Assembly: GCA_945861535.1 (NCBI GenBank)
Contig: CAMAUZ010000013.1
Span: 37,944-101,943 of the forward strand
Source: Akkermansia muciniphila
Lineage (GTDB): Bacteria; Verrucomicrobiota; Verrucomicrobiia; Limisphaerales; BJHT01
Length of the DNA: 64,000 bases
Direction of reading: 5' to 3'
Shown here: piece after piece, positions 8,396-18,710 of the stretch
Layout: each line of letters opens with the position of its first letter
Position numbering within the stretch: the stretch's first letter is position 1
Position numbers and translations under genes: made by a program
The notes under the pieces: generated by a model
Database searches by the model: none
Seen by the model: the letters and a program-made list of their open reading frames with translations, nothing else
What the model was told of the DNA's origin: nothing

Positions 8396-11300
8396 ATGAT
8401 TTCGCGCAACACTTGCTGCTCATTCCTCATCCTAATCGCGGCGGCTAATGCCTTCGGTGCCGCACCTCCCGGCGAACCTTTCCTGGTCGGCGGGAAGGTG
8501 TTGCCGTTGCTGGAGAACTATTGCGTGTCCTGCCACGAGGACGGGAAGACGAAGGGCGATGTCCGGCTCGATAATCTCGCGAGTCTGTCATTGGATGCGC
8601 GCCTGGATCTCCTGAACCGCGTGCAGGAGCAGGTCTATTTAGGCGAGATGCCGCCGAAGAAGAAAAAGCAGCCCTCCGAGGCCGAACGCAACCTGCTCAT
8701 CGAATGGGTTGGGAAGGAATTGCGGGCGCACGGCGCGTCGAAGCTCGAAGACAAACTGCGCAAGCCGGAATACGGCAACGTGGTGGACCACGAGAAATTG
8801 TTCTCCGGCCAATACAAGGATCTGCCCGCCTTCACGCCCGACCGGCGCTGGCTGATCAGCGAATTTATTTTCGACGCGAAGTTCAACAAGCTGTTCGAGC
8901 ACATCGGCCAGCGCGACATTGATGGAAAACGCCAGCAACCCATTGGCGACAACAACCGGGGCGGAGTGAATCTGACCAACCCCTTTTTGCTGCCGACGCA
9001 TAGTGGCGTCCGCTACTACGACACTGCGGCGCTGGATGGCGGCCATCTCCTCACGATGCTCACCAATGCCAAGGAGGCGTCGGCACATCTCGTCTCGCTC
9101 GCAAAACGGAAAAACCACCTGCCCGCCGTGAGCGCCATCATGGGAGCGGAATGGGCGCATGAAAAAATCCTCACCACCCGCGAAACCTACCTCAAAGCCA
9201 ACATCGAGGAACTGCTGCGCGGCCTTTACAAAGAGAAACACGACGCGCTCCTGCCGAAGTTTGTCGCCGCAAAATGGGAGGCTCCGCCCGTGGCAAAAGG
9301 GCCGGACGGCAAGCCGCTTAAAAAGCCGGTCTTTGACACGGCCAGCCCTGGCAATGCCGAGTTGAGCGAGATTTGGGGTGCCATCCGACGGAACTTCAAG
9401 GAAGGGGAAAAGGAGGATGCCCTGATCGTCAAATGCGAGCGGGATTGGTTCCATTTTGGCGTCAACGAGCGGACCATCCAGACGCGGGTCGCCTTCATGC
9501 ACGGCTACATGGAGGATTTGCACAAAAGGATGCCGAAGGCGCCCACGGCTCAGTCCAAGCCGCTCGCGGAATCCGAACTGGCCATGTATCGCGCTGCGCT
9601 TTCGAAACACCGCAAAGCCGGGGACACCTACAGCGCGGTCATCGCGAAATGCCTCGCTGAGTGGAGCGACGAGTTCCGCCGCGAGCGCGAAAAGACGAGC
9701 CTGACCGACGAGATGGTTGGCAAGTTAGTGGATCAGCTATTCACCAAAATCATCGAGCGTGCGCCCACGTCTCAGGAAATGGCGGAATATGTCGCACTCA
9801 CGAAGTCGTATGTTCCGAAAGTTGGGACCGAAAAGGCGATTGAGCGGCTCATTCAGACCCTCATCCTCCGGACCGATTTCGTCTATCGTCAGGAGTTCGG
9901 CGAGGGAACTGCGGACGCGCTCGGGCGCAAGATGCTTTCGCCGCGCGACGCCAGCTATGCGCTCGCCTACGCGCTCACGGACAGCAGTCCCGACAAGGAA
10001 CTGCAGGACGCGGTGAAAAACGGGAAGCTGACCACGCGCGAGGATTACCGCCGCGAAGTCGAGCGGATGCTAAAAAACCGCAGCCAGTATTACGTGATTG
10101 AGGAAGCGGTGGAGCGATCCGGCAGCGACAGCTTTACCAACATTCCCATTCGCAAGCTTCGCTTCTTCCGAGAGTTTTTCGGCTATCCGGGGCTGCTCCC
10201 CATATTCAAGGACAACAAGCGATTTGGCGGCAATTACGTGAACACTGCCGGGCGAATTGTGAGCGAAGCGGACATGCTGGTGGAGCACATCCTTAAACAG
10301 GACCAGCATGTGTTTGAGCGACTGCTCACCACGGAGGAGTTTTTCGTTTATCACAGCGGTGACGATGCGGCGATGACCGCCGCGACAGCGCTCATCCGCA
10401 AAATCTATGATTACTTTAAGGACAAAGACTGGCAGAGCTTCGATGCGGAAAAGCTGAGGGTTCACATTCCATTCCTTAAAGAAAACCCGATGCCCGGTCT
10501 GAATCTCGATGCGATCGGCAAAGTCGGCGGGCGCTCGGATCAGGTCAAAATTTTCCAAGGAATGATGACCGACTACGCGCAGCGGCTGGGCAAAGGGACG
10601 ACGGTCACGGCTCCTTTCTCATCGGTCTTCGGAGTCCCGAGCGCCGCGAAGACTCGCACCGGCAAGCAACTCGGAAGTGGGGAGGTGGCCAAGGCCTTCA
10701 ACATCGACATGACGAGCTGGAACTATCCGACCGCCCAGCCTGCCAAAATGGAGCACCGCAAGGGCATCCTCACCCATCCCGCGTGGCTCATCGCCTTTGC
10801 CGGAAATACCGCGACCGACCCCATCCGGCGCGGCAAATGGGTGCGCGAGAAACTCCTCGCCGGCACGATTTCGGATGTCCCGGTCACGGTGGACGCGGTG
10901 ATTCCCGAGGACCACCACAAGACTCTGCGCCAGCGCCTGGAGGCTAGAACGCAGGCTGAGTATTGCTGGAAATGCCACGAGCGCATGAACCCGCTCGGAA
11001 CGACCTTTGAAATGTATGACGACTTCGGCCGCTTCCGCACCGAGGAAGCCCTCGAGCACCCGGACAACCTCGTCAAGAAGATGCCCGACAAAGGCTCCCC
11101 GCAGGCCGACCTGCGCGACATCTACAAGACCCTCCCGGTAAACGCCACCGGTCGCCTCGAAGGAACCGGCGACCCGAAACTCGACGGAGAGCTTCGCGAC
11201 GCTATCGACCTCGCCGACCGGCTCGCGAAATCCACGAAGGTCCGCCAGTCCATCATCCGCCACGCCTTCCGCTATTTCATGGGGCGCAATGAAGTTCTGT

Positions 11301-11425
11301 CCGATTCTAAAACCCTCATCGACGCCGACCAGGCCTACATCCAGAGCGGCGGCAGCTTCGACGCCGTAATCATCTCGCTGCTCACCTCCGATTCATTTAT
11401 TTTCCGCAAACCGATTACCCATTAG
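8396..11425 (+). CDS. DUF1592/DUF1588-family cytochrome-c-motif protein, long paralog (pair 2)
   Basis: Collinear with the 4457 gene: CVSCHEDGKTKGDVRLD, GEMPPKKKKQP, HPAWLIAFAGNTATDPIRRGKWVREKLL, CWKCHERMNPLGTTFEMYDDFGRFR. About 150 aa longer in the middle. Confidence 0.8.
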   Translation: MISRNTCCSFLILIAAANAFGAAPPGEPFLVGGKVLPLLENYCVSCHEDGKTKGDVRLDNLASLSLDARLDLLNRVQEQVYLGEMPPKKKKQPSEAERNLLIEWVGKELRAHGASKLEDKLRKPEYGNVVDHEKLFSGQYKDLPAFTPDRRWLISEFIFDAKFNKLFEHIGQRDIDGKRQQPIGDNNRGGVNLTNPFLLPTHSGVRYYDTAALDGGHLLTMLTNAKEASAHLVSLAKRKNHLPAVSAIMGAEWAHEKILTTRETYLKANIEELLRGLYKEKHDALLPKFVAAKWEAPPVAKGPDGKPLKKPVFDTASPGNAELSEIWGAIRRNFKEGEKEDALIVKCERDWFHFGVNERTIQTRVAFMHGYMEDLHKRMPKAPTAQSKPLAESELAMYRAALSKHRKAGDTYSAVIAKCLAEWSDEFRREREKTSLTDEMVGKLVDQLFTKIIERAPTSQEMAEYVALTKSYVPKVGTEKAIERLIQTLILRTDFVYRQEFGEGTADALGRKMLSPRDASYALAYALTDSSPDKELQDAVKNGKLTTREDYRREVERMLKNRSQYYVIEEAVERSGSDSFTNIPIRKLRFFREFFGYPGLLPIFKDNKRFGGNYVNTAGRIVSEADMLVEHILKQDQHVFERLLTTEEFFVYHSGDDAAMTAATALIRKIYDYFKDKDWQSFDAEKLRVHIPFLKENPMPGLNLDAIGKVGGRSDQVKIFQGMMTDYAQRLGKGTTVTAPFSSVFGVPSAAKTRTGKQLGSGEVAKAFNIDMTSWNYPTAQPAKMEHRKGILTHPAWLIAFAGNTATDPIRRGKWVREKLLAGTISDVPVTVDAVIPEDHHKTLRQRLEARTQAEYCWKCHERMNPLGTTFEMYDDFGRFRTEEALEHPDNLVKKMPDKGSPQADLRDIYKTLPVNATGRLEGTGDPKLDGELRDAIDLADRLAKSTKVRQSIIRHAFRYFMGRNEVLSDSKTLIDADQAYIQSGGSFDAVIISLLTSDSFIFRKPITH

Positions 11426-11428
11426 CAC

Positions 11429-12823
11429 ATGAAAACCAGACGAGACTTTCTCAAGGCCACAGCTCTGGGCGCGGGCGCGCTCTCGCTCACACCGTGCCTC
11501 AGCGCCTTCGCCGGAGCCACGCCCGCCGCCGGACTTCCCAAGCGTTTCGTCTTCATCCGCAAATCCAACGGAGAGCGCCCGAACGAAGTCGCGCTTCCCA
11601 CGCTCTCGGAAAAAGACAAGGCGCTCGAAGCAAAGAAGCAGCCGCTCGAAGTGGACCTGCGCGACCGCGAATTGCCCGTCTATCTGCGCGCGCTGGAAAA
11701 GCACAAAGCCAACCTCTGCATCCTGCAGGGCCTCTCGTGCACGATGAGCGAGAACGGCCACTACTCCTACTCGTCCATCATGGGCGCGTTCAAATCGAAC
11801 CGCAATTCGCTCAGCGGCATCAAACGCGCGACGATTGATTTCGAGCTGGCGAAACTCTTCCCCTCGCCCTTCGGCCACATCGAACTCTCGCTCACCGGCG
11901 ATTATTCCAAATACCGCACCGGCATCGTCTCCGGCTATTCCGCGTCGGGCCCGCACCAGCGCAACTACTGCTACGCCGACCCACAGACCGCGCACAACGA
12001 GCTGTTCCGCGCCGTCACCAATCCCGGTGCCGTGGATTCCGACAACGCCATGCTTAGCTTTTTGGAGAACGAGGAAGCGTTCAAGGAGCGCATCCTGCAA
12101 GGCTACGAAAAGCAGAAGCTCAGCAGCCACATCAGCTCCATCGAAGCCGTCCGCGCGCGCAATTTGAAGCTCTCGAAAATGGCTGGCTCCATCGCCAAAC
12201 ACATTCCGCAGATCGGCAAAATCCACGACGCCGGCGGCCTCAACGCCAGTTCCCCGGAGAAAGAGAAAGCGATGACCGACATCCTCATCGCCGCGCTCAT
12301 CACCGGCCTGACCAACGTGGTCACCTTCACTATCGACGAGCTTTCCACGCCCGTGCGCGGCCTCGCTGGAAACGAGAACGACCGCATCTCCATCCACGCT
12401 ATCGGCCACAACGAAAGCTACAGCGGTGTCCCCGCCGACAAGATCCGCGAAAACATCCGCATCGGCCACATGCGCCAGGTCGCGCGAATCGTGGAACGTC
12501 TCAAGGCCGTGCCCGAAGGCAAAGGCACGATGTTCGACAACACAATGATCATGTATTTCCCCGAAGGCGGCGAAACCCATCACGGCCACGGCACCGAGGC
12601 GCCGTTCGTCATCCTCGCCGGGAACAACTGCAAACTGAACCTGGCCGGCCGCTACATCCGCCTGCCCTTCCACGGCACCGAGGGACACAAGACGATCGGC
12701 AACTGGTACACCACGCTGCTCAACGCCCACGGGAATCCGATCAAACACTACGGCGACTTCGACCTCGAAATGTCCCGCAAGAAGCTGGAGCAGACCGGCC
12801 CTATCAAGCAGTTGCTCAGTTGA
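11429..12823 (+). CDS. DUF1552 domain protein with twin-arginine signal (pair 2)
   Basis: MKTRRDFLKATALGAGA Tat motif. GKGTMFDNTMIMYFPEGGETHHGHG block paralogous to the 6976 gene. Starts 3 nt after the upstream stop. Confidence 0.8.
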   Translation: MKTRRDFLKATALGAGALSLTPCLSAFAGATPAAGLPKRFVFIRKSNGERPNEVALPTLSEKDKALEAKKQPLEVDLRDRELPVYLRALEKHKANLCILQGLSCTMSENGHYSYSSIMGAFKSNRNSLSGIKRATIDFELAKLFPSPFGHIELSLTGDYSKYRTGIVSGYSASGPHQRNYCYADPQTAHNELFRAVTNPGAVDSDNAMLSFLENEEAFKERILQGYEKQKLSSHISSIEAVRARNLKLSKMAGSIAKHIPQIGKIHDAGGLNASSPEKEKAMTDILIAALITGLTNVVTFTIDELSTPVRGLAGNENDRISIHAIGHNESYSGVPADKIRENIRIGHMRQVARIVERLKAVPEGKGTMFDNTMIMYFPEGGETHHGHGTEAPFVILAGNNCKLNLAGRYIRLPFHGTEGHKTIGNWYTTLLNAHGNPIKHYGDFDLEMSRKKLEQTGPIKQLLS

Positions 12824-15381
12824 TGCGTTCTTATCCGACCAACGCGTTTGTCATCGCCACCGCCTTTATGGTGGCCATCGGAGCAACATCGCGAGCCGCG
12901 CTCCCGGTTGATCAGAAGGAGTTCGATATCCAGGTAGCTCCATTTTTCAAAGACAACTGCATCAAGTGTCACGGGCCGGAGAAGAGCAAAGGCAAGATCA
13001 CGTTGCACACGCTCAGTGGCGACCTGGCCGCTGGTCGCGATCTGGAGCGCTGGGAGAAAATTCTCAAGGAACTCAAGAGCGGAGAAATGCCTCCGGAAGA
13101 GGAGAAGCAGCCGACCACCGCTGCTCGAACTGCGGTGATCCAATGGATTGAAACGAGCCTGCGCAAATTCTCCAGCAGCGTTGCTCAGAAGGAGTCTGCA
13201 CCGACGGTTCGTCGCCTGACCAATTTCGAATATCAAAACACGATGCGCGATTTGCTCGGGTTCGAGCTGAAGCTCATCAGCAGCTTGCCTGAGGACCCGG
13301 TGAAGCCTTACCGCTTCAACAACACCGCGGAGTTCATGCTGATCGGCCCGGAGCAGATGGATCGCTACCTGGAGTGCGCCCGGCGGGCGATGGCCAGCGC
13401 GATCGTCGATCCCGGCGCTCCGAAGATTCACCGCACCGCGCAAAACCTCACTTCCGGGAAGAAGGCTGGGGCCAAGGCGGGCGAAAAGGGTGTCGAGATT
13501 GGCGTTTTTAAGGGTCCGGGGGTTGGCGATCTTGGGGCCCTTGGCCTGAAGGACTGGCCGAAGACGGGCGAGTTCAGGATTCGTTTCAAGGCCGCCGCTA
13601 TTCTGCCGCCGGGTTGCAGTGAAGTTCCCTTGCGCATCGTGATGGGAACCGCGTTGAGGCACGACGCTGGCTCCGGTGTGTATGAGTCGGTGGGCACGGC
13701 GCATCTGCGGAACGATCCGGGTCAGGTGCGGCAGTTCGAGTTCCGCGGGCGAATCGAGAACATCCCGGTTGAGCCCGGCGCAGTCACCGCCAAAGGCCCC
13801 AAGCCCGCCAGCATCCTCATCACTTGTCAGAATCTTTTCGACAACGGCGAACTCAATGACCATCGCAAGAGTGCTTTTGACGACTCGTGGGGTCGCGAAG
13901 CGCCCCAAGTGCTGCTGGAGTCGCTCGAGTTCGAGGCACCCGTCGCCGACGTCTGGCCGCCTGAGCACCACAAGCGGATCCTGTTTGATTCTCCTTTGCG
14001 CCTGACCAACACGAAAGCCTACGTCCGCGAGGTGCTCAATCGCTTCATGACCCGCGCCTACCGCCAGCCGGTCAGGGTGGACCAAGTCGATCGGTTCATG
14101 AAGATTTACGAAGGGTTCGCCGCAGATTTCGACACGTTTGAAGGCGCCATACGCGAAACCCTGGCGATGGTGCTGATCTCGCCACAGTTCCTGTATCACA
14201 CCGTCGCCAGCAACGGTGTGGCGACACGGCAATTTGAACTGGCTTCGAGGCTGTCCTATTTCCTGTGGGGAAGCATGCCGGACGACATCCTGTTCACTCT
14301 CGCGACGCAAGGGCACCTCGATGATCCGGCGGTGATTGCAACGCAGGTGAAACGGTTGCTCGCGGATAAGCGTTCGGGGGATTTCGTGAACAACTTTACG
14401 ACGCAATGGCTGAGCCTTGCGAAAATGAAGACGGTCAACATCAACCGGGATCTTTTTCCACGCTTCCTCTACCTGGTCCACGTGGGCGAGCGACACCGCC
14501 AGGAAGTATCGTTTCGCCCGACGATCCGGGATTATATGCACGATGAAACCGTCGGGTTCATCGCCGAGCTGATCAAACGCAACGCGAGTGTCTTGAACAT
14601 CGTGGATTCCGATTTCGCCCTGTTGAACCAGCCGCTTGCTGCGCATTATGGAGTCGCTGGCGTGCAGGGCAACGAACTCCGCCCCGTGCCGATCAAGCCC
14701 GAGCATCATCTGGGCGGGCTGCTGACACAGGGATCCGTTCTGGTCGGAAACTCGACCGGTTCGGCACCGCATCCGATTTATCGCGCCGTGTGGTTGCGCG
14801 AGGCCATTCTCGGTGAAGACGTGAAACCGCCGCCAGCCGAGGTTCCGGCGCTGTCCGACTCCGCCGGAGATGCCGCTGAAAAAGCCATCACGATCAAAGA
14901 TTTGCTGCGCCAGCATCGGAAGCAGGAGAGCTGCAACGTGTGTCATGCCAGCCTCGACCCTTGGGGAATCCCTTTTGAGAAATACAACGCCGCAGGAAAA
15001 TTCCAGCCGATGGTCCCCAAGGCAGGCACCCGAGTCCGGGGATTCAACGTAAAAGCCGACACGGATCCGGCAGGCTATGCGGCTTACCTCAAGACCATTA
15101 ACACCGTGGAAGTGCACGCCGACGCCCGCGTTCCGCGCGGCCCGACGATTGACGGGATGGAGCAGCTCAAGACGTTTCTGCTGAAAGAACGCAAAGACGA
15201 CATCGGCGAAAACGTACTGCGCCGGCTGCTAAGTTACAGCATCGGTCGCAGCCTCACCTATCGCGACAGCGTCCAAGTCGAACAACTGCACACTCAGACC
15301 AGGAAAAACGAATATCGGTTTCAGGACATGATCATCGCCATCTGTCAGAGCGAAGCTTTTCGATCGCGGCCCAAACCGTAA
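12823..15381 (+). CDS. DUF1592/DUF1587/DUF1588/DUF1585-family cytochrome-c-motif protein (pair 3)
   Basis: ATG 12823 shares its A with the upstream TGA (TGATG). Motifs: CIKCHGPEKSKGKITL, GEMPPEEEKQP, RRLTNFEYQNTMRDLLG, LASRLSYFLWGSMPDD, HPIYRAVWLREAILG, CNVCHASLDPWGIPFE. Confidence 0.8.
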   Translation: MRSYPTNAFVIATAFMVAIGATSRAALPVDQKEFDIQVAPFFKDNCIKCHGPEKSKGKITLHTLSGDLAAGRDLERWEKILKELKSGEMPPEEEKQPTTAARTAVIQWIETSLRKFSSSVAQKESAPTVRRLTNFEYQNTMRDLLGFELKLISSLPEDPVKPYRFNNTAEFMLIGPEQMDRYLECARRAMASAIVDPGAPKIHRTAQNLTSGKKAGAKAGEKGVEIGVFKGPGVGDLGALGLKDWPKTGEFRIRFKAAAILPPGCSEVPLRIVMGTALRHDAGSGVYESVGTAHLRNDPGQVRQFEFRGRIENIPVEPGAVTAKGPKPASILITCQNLFDNGELNDHRKSAFDDSWGREAPQVLLESLEFEAPVADVWPPEHHKRILFDSPLRLTNTKAYVREVLNRFMTRAYRQPVRVDQVDRFMKIYEGFAADFDTFEGAIRETLAMVLISPQFLYHTVASNGVATRQFELASRLSYFLWGSMPDDILFTLATQGHLDDPAVIATQVKRLLADKRSGDFVNNFTTQWLSLAKMKTVNINRDLFPRFLYLVHVGERHRQEVSFRPTIRDYMHDETVGFIAELIKRNASVLNIVDSDFALLNQPLAAHYGVAGVQGNELRPVPIKPEHHLGGLLTQGSVLVGNSTGSAPHPIYRAVWLREAILGEDVKPPPAEVPALSDSAGDAAEKAITIKDLLRQHRKQESCNVCHASLDPWGIPFEKYNAAGKFQPMVPKAGTRVRGFNVKADTDPAGYAAYLKTINTVEVHADARVPRGPTIDGMEQLKTFLLKERKDDIGENVLRRLLSYSIGRSLTYRDSVQVEQLHTQTRKNEYRFQDMIIAICQSEAFRSRPKP

Positions 15382-15405
15382 GAAATCAAACCAGCGTATT
15401 TCATC

Positions 15406-16767
15406 ATGAAACAAAAATCATGGCACCTAGATCGTCGGGAGTTTCTCCGGGGCAGCGGTATGGCGCTGGCCTTGCCGTTTCTCGAATGCATGGGCTGGGC
15501 AAACGCCGCTGCCGCCGGCAAGGGACTGCCGAAGCGGATGGTGGTGAGCTATTTTGCCTACGGCGCCTACATGCCTGACTCCAGAGACGGAATGCCTCTG
15601 GCCGGCAAATCGCATCACGATTGGAACTGGTGGCCGTGCTCGAATCCGGGGCCATTGACTTTCAACAAGTCCGCTGCGCCATTCGAGCCGCTCAAGAATT
15701 ACGTCAGCTACCTGCGCGGCCTCGATCACGCGGGCGGTTACGGGCTGGGCGGGCATAGCAGTGGAGATGTCTTCGGCACCGGCGCGAACATGTCCGGCGA
15801 TGAGAAAACCAACAACATTTCCATTGATCAGCTTGCCGCCAATATCAACGGACACAAGACCCGCTACGCATCTCTGGTTCTGGGCACCGAAGGCGGCACC
15901 GGTTCCTACGGAAGCTGCAAGACGCTCTCGCACTACGGGCCGGGCCGGCCGATTCCCTCGATGCAGAACCCCCGGGAAATCTTCAACCGGATGTTCCAGC
16001 CTTACGCCGGATCGAGTGTTGAACAAATTCGCGCCCGGCTCAAACGCGATACCAGCGTGCTAGATTTGATCCTGGATGATTCCAAGATTTTGCACAGCCG
16101 TCTTGGCAAAGCGGATCAGGAGAAAATGGGCGAGTATCTGGACACCGTTCGTGCCATCGAGAAACGAGTCGAGAACACCAGTCGGTGGACTCACGAACCG
16201 CTGCCCAATGTGGATCGCAAGGGACTCAATCTCGACGTGCCCTACAAGGCGGCGCAGGAATATGTCCGTTGCATGTATGATCTCCTCTATCTCGCGTTCC
16301 AGACGGATTCGACGCGCTATGCCACGCTCATGCTGGAGAGTGAACAGTCACAGGGAACCGAAATGTGGAATTACGCCACTTATGCCTTGGGTTACAAAGG
16401 TGCCACTCATGACATCGCGCATAAACGGCCTGTGGAATCCGGCCTCTGGGACAACTGGCGCGCCCAGCAGCACGCCTACTTCCTGCAGCGCCTGCGCGAC
16501 ACCAAGGAGGGCGACGGCAACATGCTCGACCGCACCCTTGTTCTGTGGGGTTCCGGCCATCCGCACGGCTCGCACAGCACCAAGAATTATCCCATCCATC
16601 TCGCAGGCGGCAACGCCCTCGGCTTCAAGCACGGCAAGCTCCATGCATTCGAGGGCGACAAAAAGAAACCGCTGGCGAACCTCTTCGTCTCCATGCTCAA
16701 CGCCGTGGATGCGCCAACGGGGAAATTCGCCGACAGCACCGGCGAGATGACCGAATTGCTCGGGTGA
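15406..16767 (+). CDS. DUF1552 domain protein with twin-arginine signal (pair 3)
   Basis: LDRREFLRGSGMALALPFLE Tat motif. Family-typical FQTDSTRYATLML and GSGHPHGSHS blocks. Confidence 0.8.
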   Translation: MKQKSWHLDRREFLRGSGMALALPFLECMGWANAAAAGKGLPKRMVVSYFAYGAYMPDSRDGMPLAGKSHHDWNWWPCSNPGPLTFNKSAAPFEPLKNYVSYLRGLDHAGGYGLGGHSSGDVFGTGANMSGDEKTNNISIDQLAANINGHKTRYASLVLGTEGGTGSYGSCKTLSHYGPGRPIPSMQNPREIFNRMFQPYAGSSVEQIRARLKRDTSVLDLILDDSKILHSRLGKADQEKMGEYLDTVRAIEKRVENTSRWTHEPLPNVDRKGLNLDVPYKAAQEYVRCMYDLLYLAFQTDSTRYATLMLESEQSQGTEMWNYATYALGYKGATHDIAHKRPVESGLWDNWRAQQHAYFLQRLRDTKEGDGNMLDRTLVLWGSGHPHGSHSTKNYPIHLAGGNALGFKHGKLHAFEGDKKKPLANLFVSMLNAVDAPTGKFADSTGEMTELLG

Positions 16768-16769
16768 AT

Positions 16770-17714
16770 ATGCAGAACAGCTACACCATGACTCGCATCG
16801 CGCTGGTTATCTCGTTAATGGGAATTCTATCCCTACTCCCCTGCCCTGCTGAGACGGCTCCGGTTCCAATCGTAGATTGCCACGTTCACCTCTGGGACAT
16901 CGCGCGGCCTGCGGGCCTCGGCTGGATTAAAAAGGACAACCAGACGCTCAACCGCTCCTTTCTCCCCGCGGACCACGAACGCATCGCCAGAGCCAACGGC
17001 GTCAGCGGCATCATCGTCGTGCAGGCCGGCCAGAGCCTGCCGGACAACCAGTGGAACCTCGACATCACCGCGCACAACCCGCAGTTGTATCGAGGCATCG
17101 TCGGCAATCTCTCCGAAGTCATCGGCACGCCCGCGTTCCAGCCGCTCTTCGAGAAGCTCTGCGAAAACCCGCGCTACGTCGGCTATCGGCTCTCCGGTCG
17201 CTACCAGGAAAAACTCAGCGATGCGTTCTTCGCCGACCTGCGGCTTACCGCGCAAAAAGGCCGCACGGTGGATTTTCTCCTCGGCGGCTACCGCCTCGAT
17301 GAAGTCGCCGAAATCGCCCGCCGCCTGCCGGAACTGCGCATCATTCTCGACCACCTCGGCGGCGTGAAACTCGACGGCAAACCACTCGCGCCCGAATGGG
17401 TCGCGCAATTCCGCGCCATCGCAAAGCAGACCAACGTCCGCTGCAAAGTCTCCGCCCTTTTTGGCCGCTGGGAAAAGCAACCCGCCCCGCAGGACCTCGC
17501 CGCCTACACCGATGTGCTCGACCTCGCCTTCGAGCGCTTCGGCGAGGACCGCCTCATCTTCGGCAGCGACTGGCCCGTGAGCGAACAAACCGCCGACTAC
17601 GCCTCCGTCCTCCGCCTCACCCGCACGTATTTCGACCGCAAAGGCCACGCGGTTTCTGAAAAGCTCTTCCAACAAAACGCAGCCGCATTTTACCGCCCCC
17701 CAACCCCGAAGTGA
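16770..17714 (+). CDS. Secreted amidohydrolase-2 family metal-dependent hydrolase (TIM barrel)
   Basis: ATG 16770 follows the upstream stop directly. Signal-like MQNSYTMTRIALVISLMGILSLLPCPA. VDCHVHLWD metal-binding motif; FGSDWPV near the C-terminus. Confidence 0.7.
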   Translation: MQNSYTMTRIALVISLMGILSLLPCPAETAPVPIVDCHVHLWDIARPAGLGWIKKDNQTLNRSFLPADHERIARANGVSGIIVVQAGQSLPDNQWNLDITAHNPQLYRGIVGNLSEVIGTPAFQPLFEKLCENPRYVGYRLSGRYQEKLSDAFFADLRLTAQKGRTVDFLLGGYRLDEVAEIARRLPELRIILDHLGGVKLDGKPLAPEWVAQFRAIAKQTNVRCKVSALFGRWEKQPAPQDLAAYTDVLDLAFERFGEDRLIFGSDWPVSEQTADYASVLRLTRTYFDRKGHAVSEKLFQQNAAAFYRPPTPK

Positions 17715-18152
17715 CCACGGACAAAAAGTATCGCCACGCCTCCAGATTTCCCTCCTCGCGCTCCCCGCGCTCTTTTGCAGTCACTCGCTACGCGCGCGAA
17801 ACCGCTCAAAGTCTTCCTTCTCGCGAACCAGTCCGCATGCGGGGCCATCCGTAGATCAGCACCTGCGAGCACACCGGCATGGACCGAGGTCTGGCCGAGG
17901 AGTTGGCGGAACGGAAGCCATGCAAACCGATGAAATGACCGGAACAGTCGCCATGCAGACATAGGGCCACCCCACGTCCGGGGCAGGCATAATGGCGGGA
18001 TCGAAGCAGCGCTTTTCAAGGTCAATTGGTCGGCACCAAACACTCCTCCGTGTTCGCTCGAATGGTGATACTACGAGGAACGAGTCCGCTGGTGAGGACC
18101 GACTCCCGGCACTGCGCGATTTATTGAGAATTGTGGTTAACCTTTTGCCAGA

Positions 18153-18710
18153 ATGTGGCATTTGCGAGTGAAAATGAACGACAGCCCCCAGGAAACCGAA
18201 TTCGTTGCGCAGTTGACCGCGATTCAACTGTCGCTGCGGCTCTATGTGCAGTCGCTGCTGGCGGGGGATTCGGCGGCGCATGATGTGGTGCAGCAGGCGA
18301 ACGTGACGCTCTGGCAGAAGCGCGATGAGTTTACGCGGGGCACAAACTTCAAGGCCTGGGCCTTCAGCGTGGCGCGATATGAGGTGTTGAACCATCGCAA
18401 GCGGCAGGCTCGGGATTCGCGACTCGTGTTTGGCGAGGAACTGGAACAAGTGTTCGCCAATGATTTGATCGAGCGCGCGGACGACACCGAGCGGCGGCAT
18501 GAGGCGCTACGAAGTTGTCTGAAAAAGCTCCGCCAGCAGGACCGCGAGCTGTTGCTCCATCGCTACACTGCAACGGCAGGCACGCTGGACGACTTTGCCC
18601 AATGCGTGGGCCGAAGTGTCGGCGGGCTGAAGGTGTCACTTCATCGCCTGCGCAATGCGTTGCTGGGCTGCATCGAGAAACAACTCGCCACCACGGAGAC
18701 CGGATCATGA
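18153..18710 (+). CDS. ECF-type RNA polymerase sigma-70 family factor
   Basis: Region-2-like DVVQQANVTLWQKRDEF...FKAWAFSVARYEVLNH and region-4-like LRQQDRELLLHRY...SVGGLKVSLHRLRNAL. The start could instead be ATG 18174. Confidence 0.75.
   Translation: MWHLRVKMNDSPQETEFVAQLTAIQLSLRLYVQSLLAGDSAAHDVVQQANVTLWQKRDEFTRGTNFKAWAFSVARYEVLNHRKRQARDSRLVFGEELEQVFANDLIERADDTERRHEALRSCLKKLRQQDRELLLHRYTATAGTLDDFAQCVGRSVGGLKVSLHRLRNALLGCIEKQLATTETGS

Noticed and set aside
12748-15117. Other long minus-strand ORFs: 12748..15117, 25403..26791, 29297..30712, 34986..36365, 40017..41843, 41834..43450, 52873..54228, 54188..56176, 59472..60920, 62105..63604 and similar
   Set aside because: All are antisense to + strand genes with clear family motifs. 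Their translations are low-complexity and Arg-rich without recognisable domains.
17690-18043. 117-aa minus-strand ORF in the large intergenic gap upstream of the sigma factor (possible transposase relic)
   Set aside because: It has Arg/Gly-rich composition, no recognisable transposase or integrase motif, and no terminal repeats.
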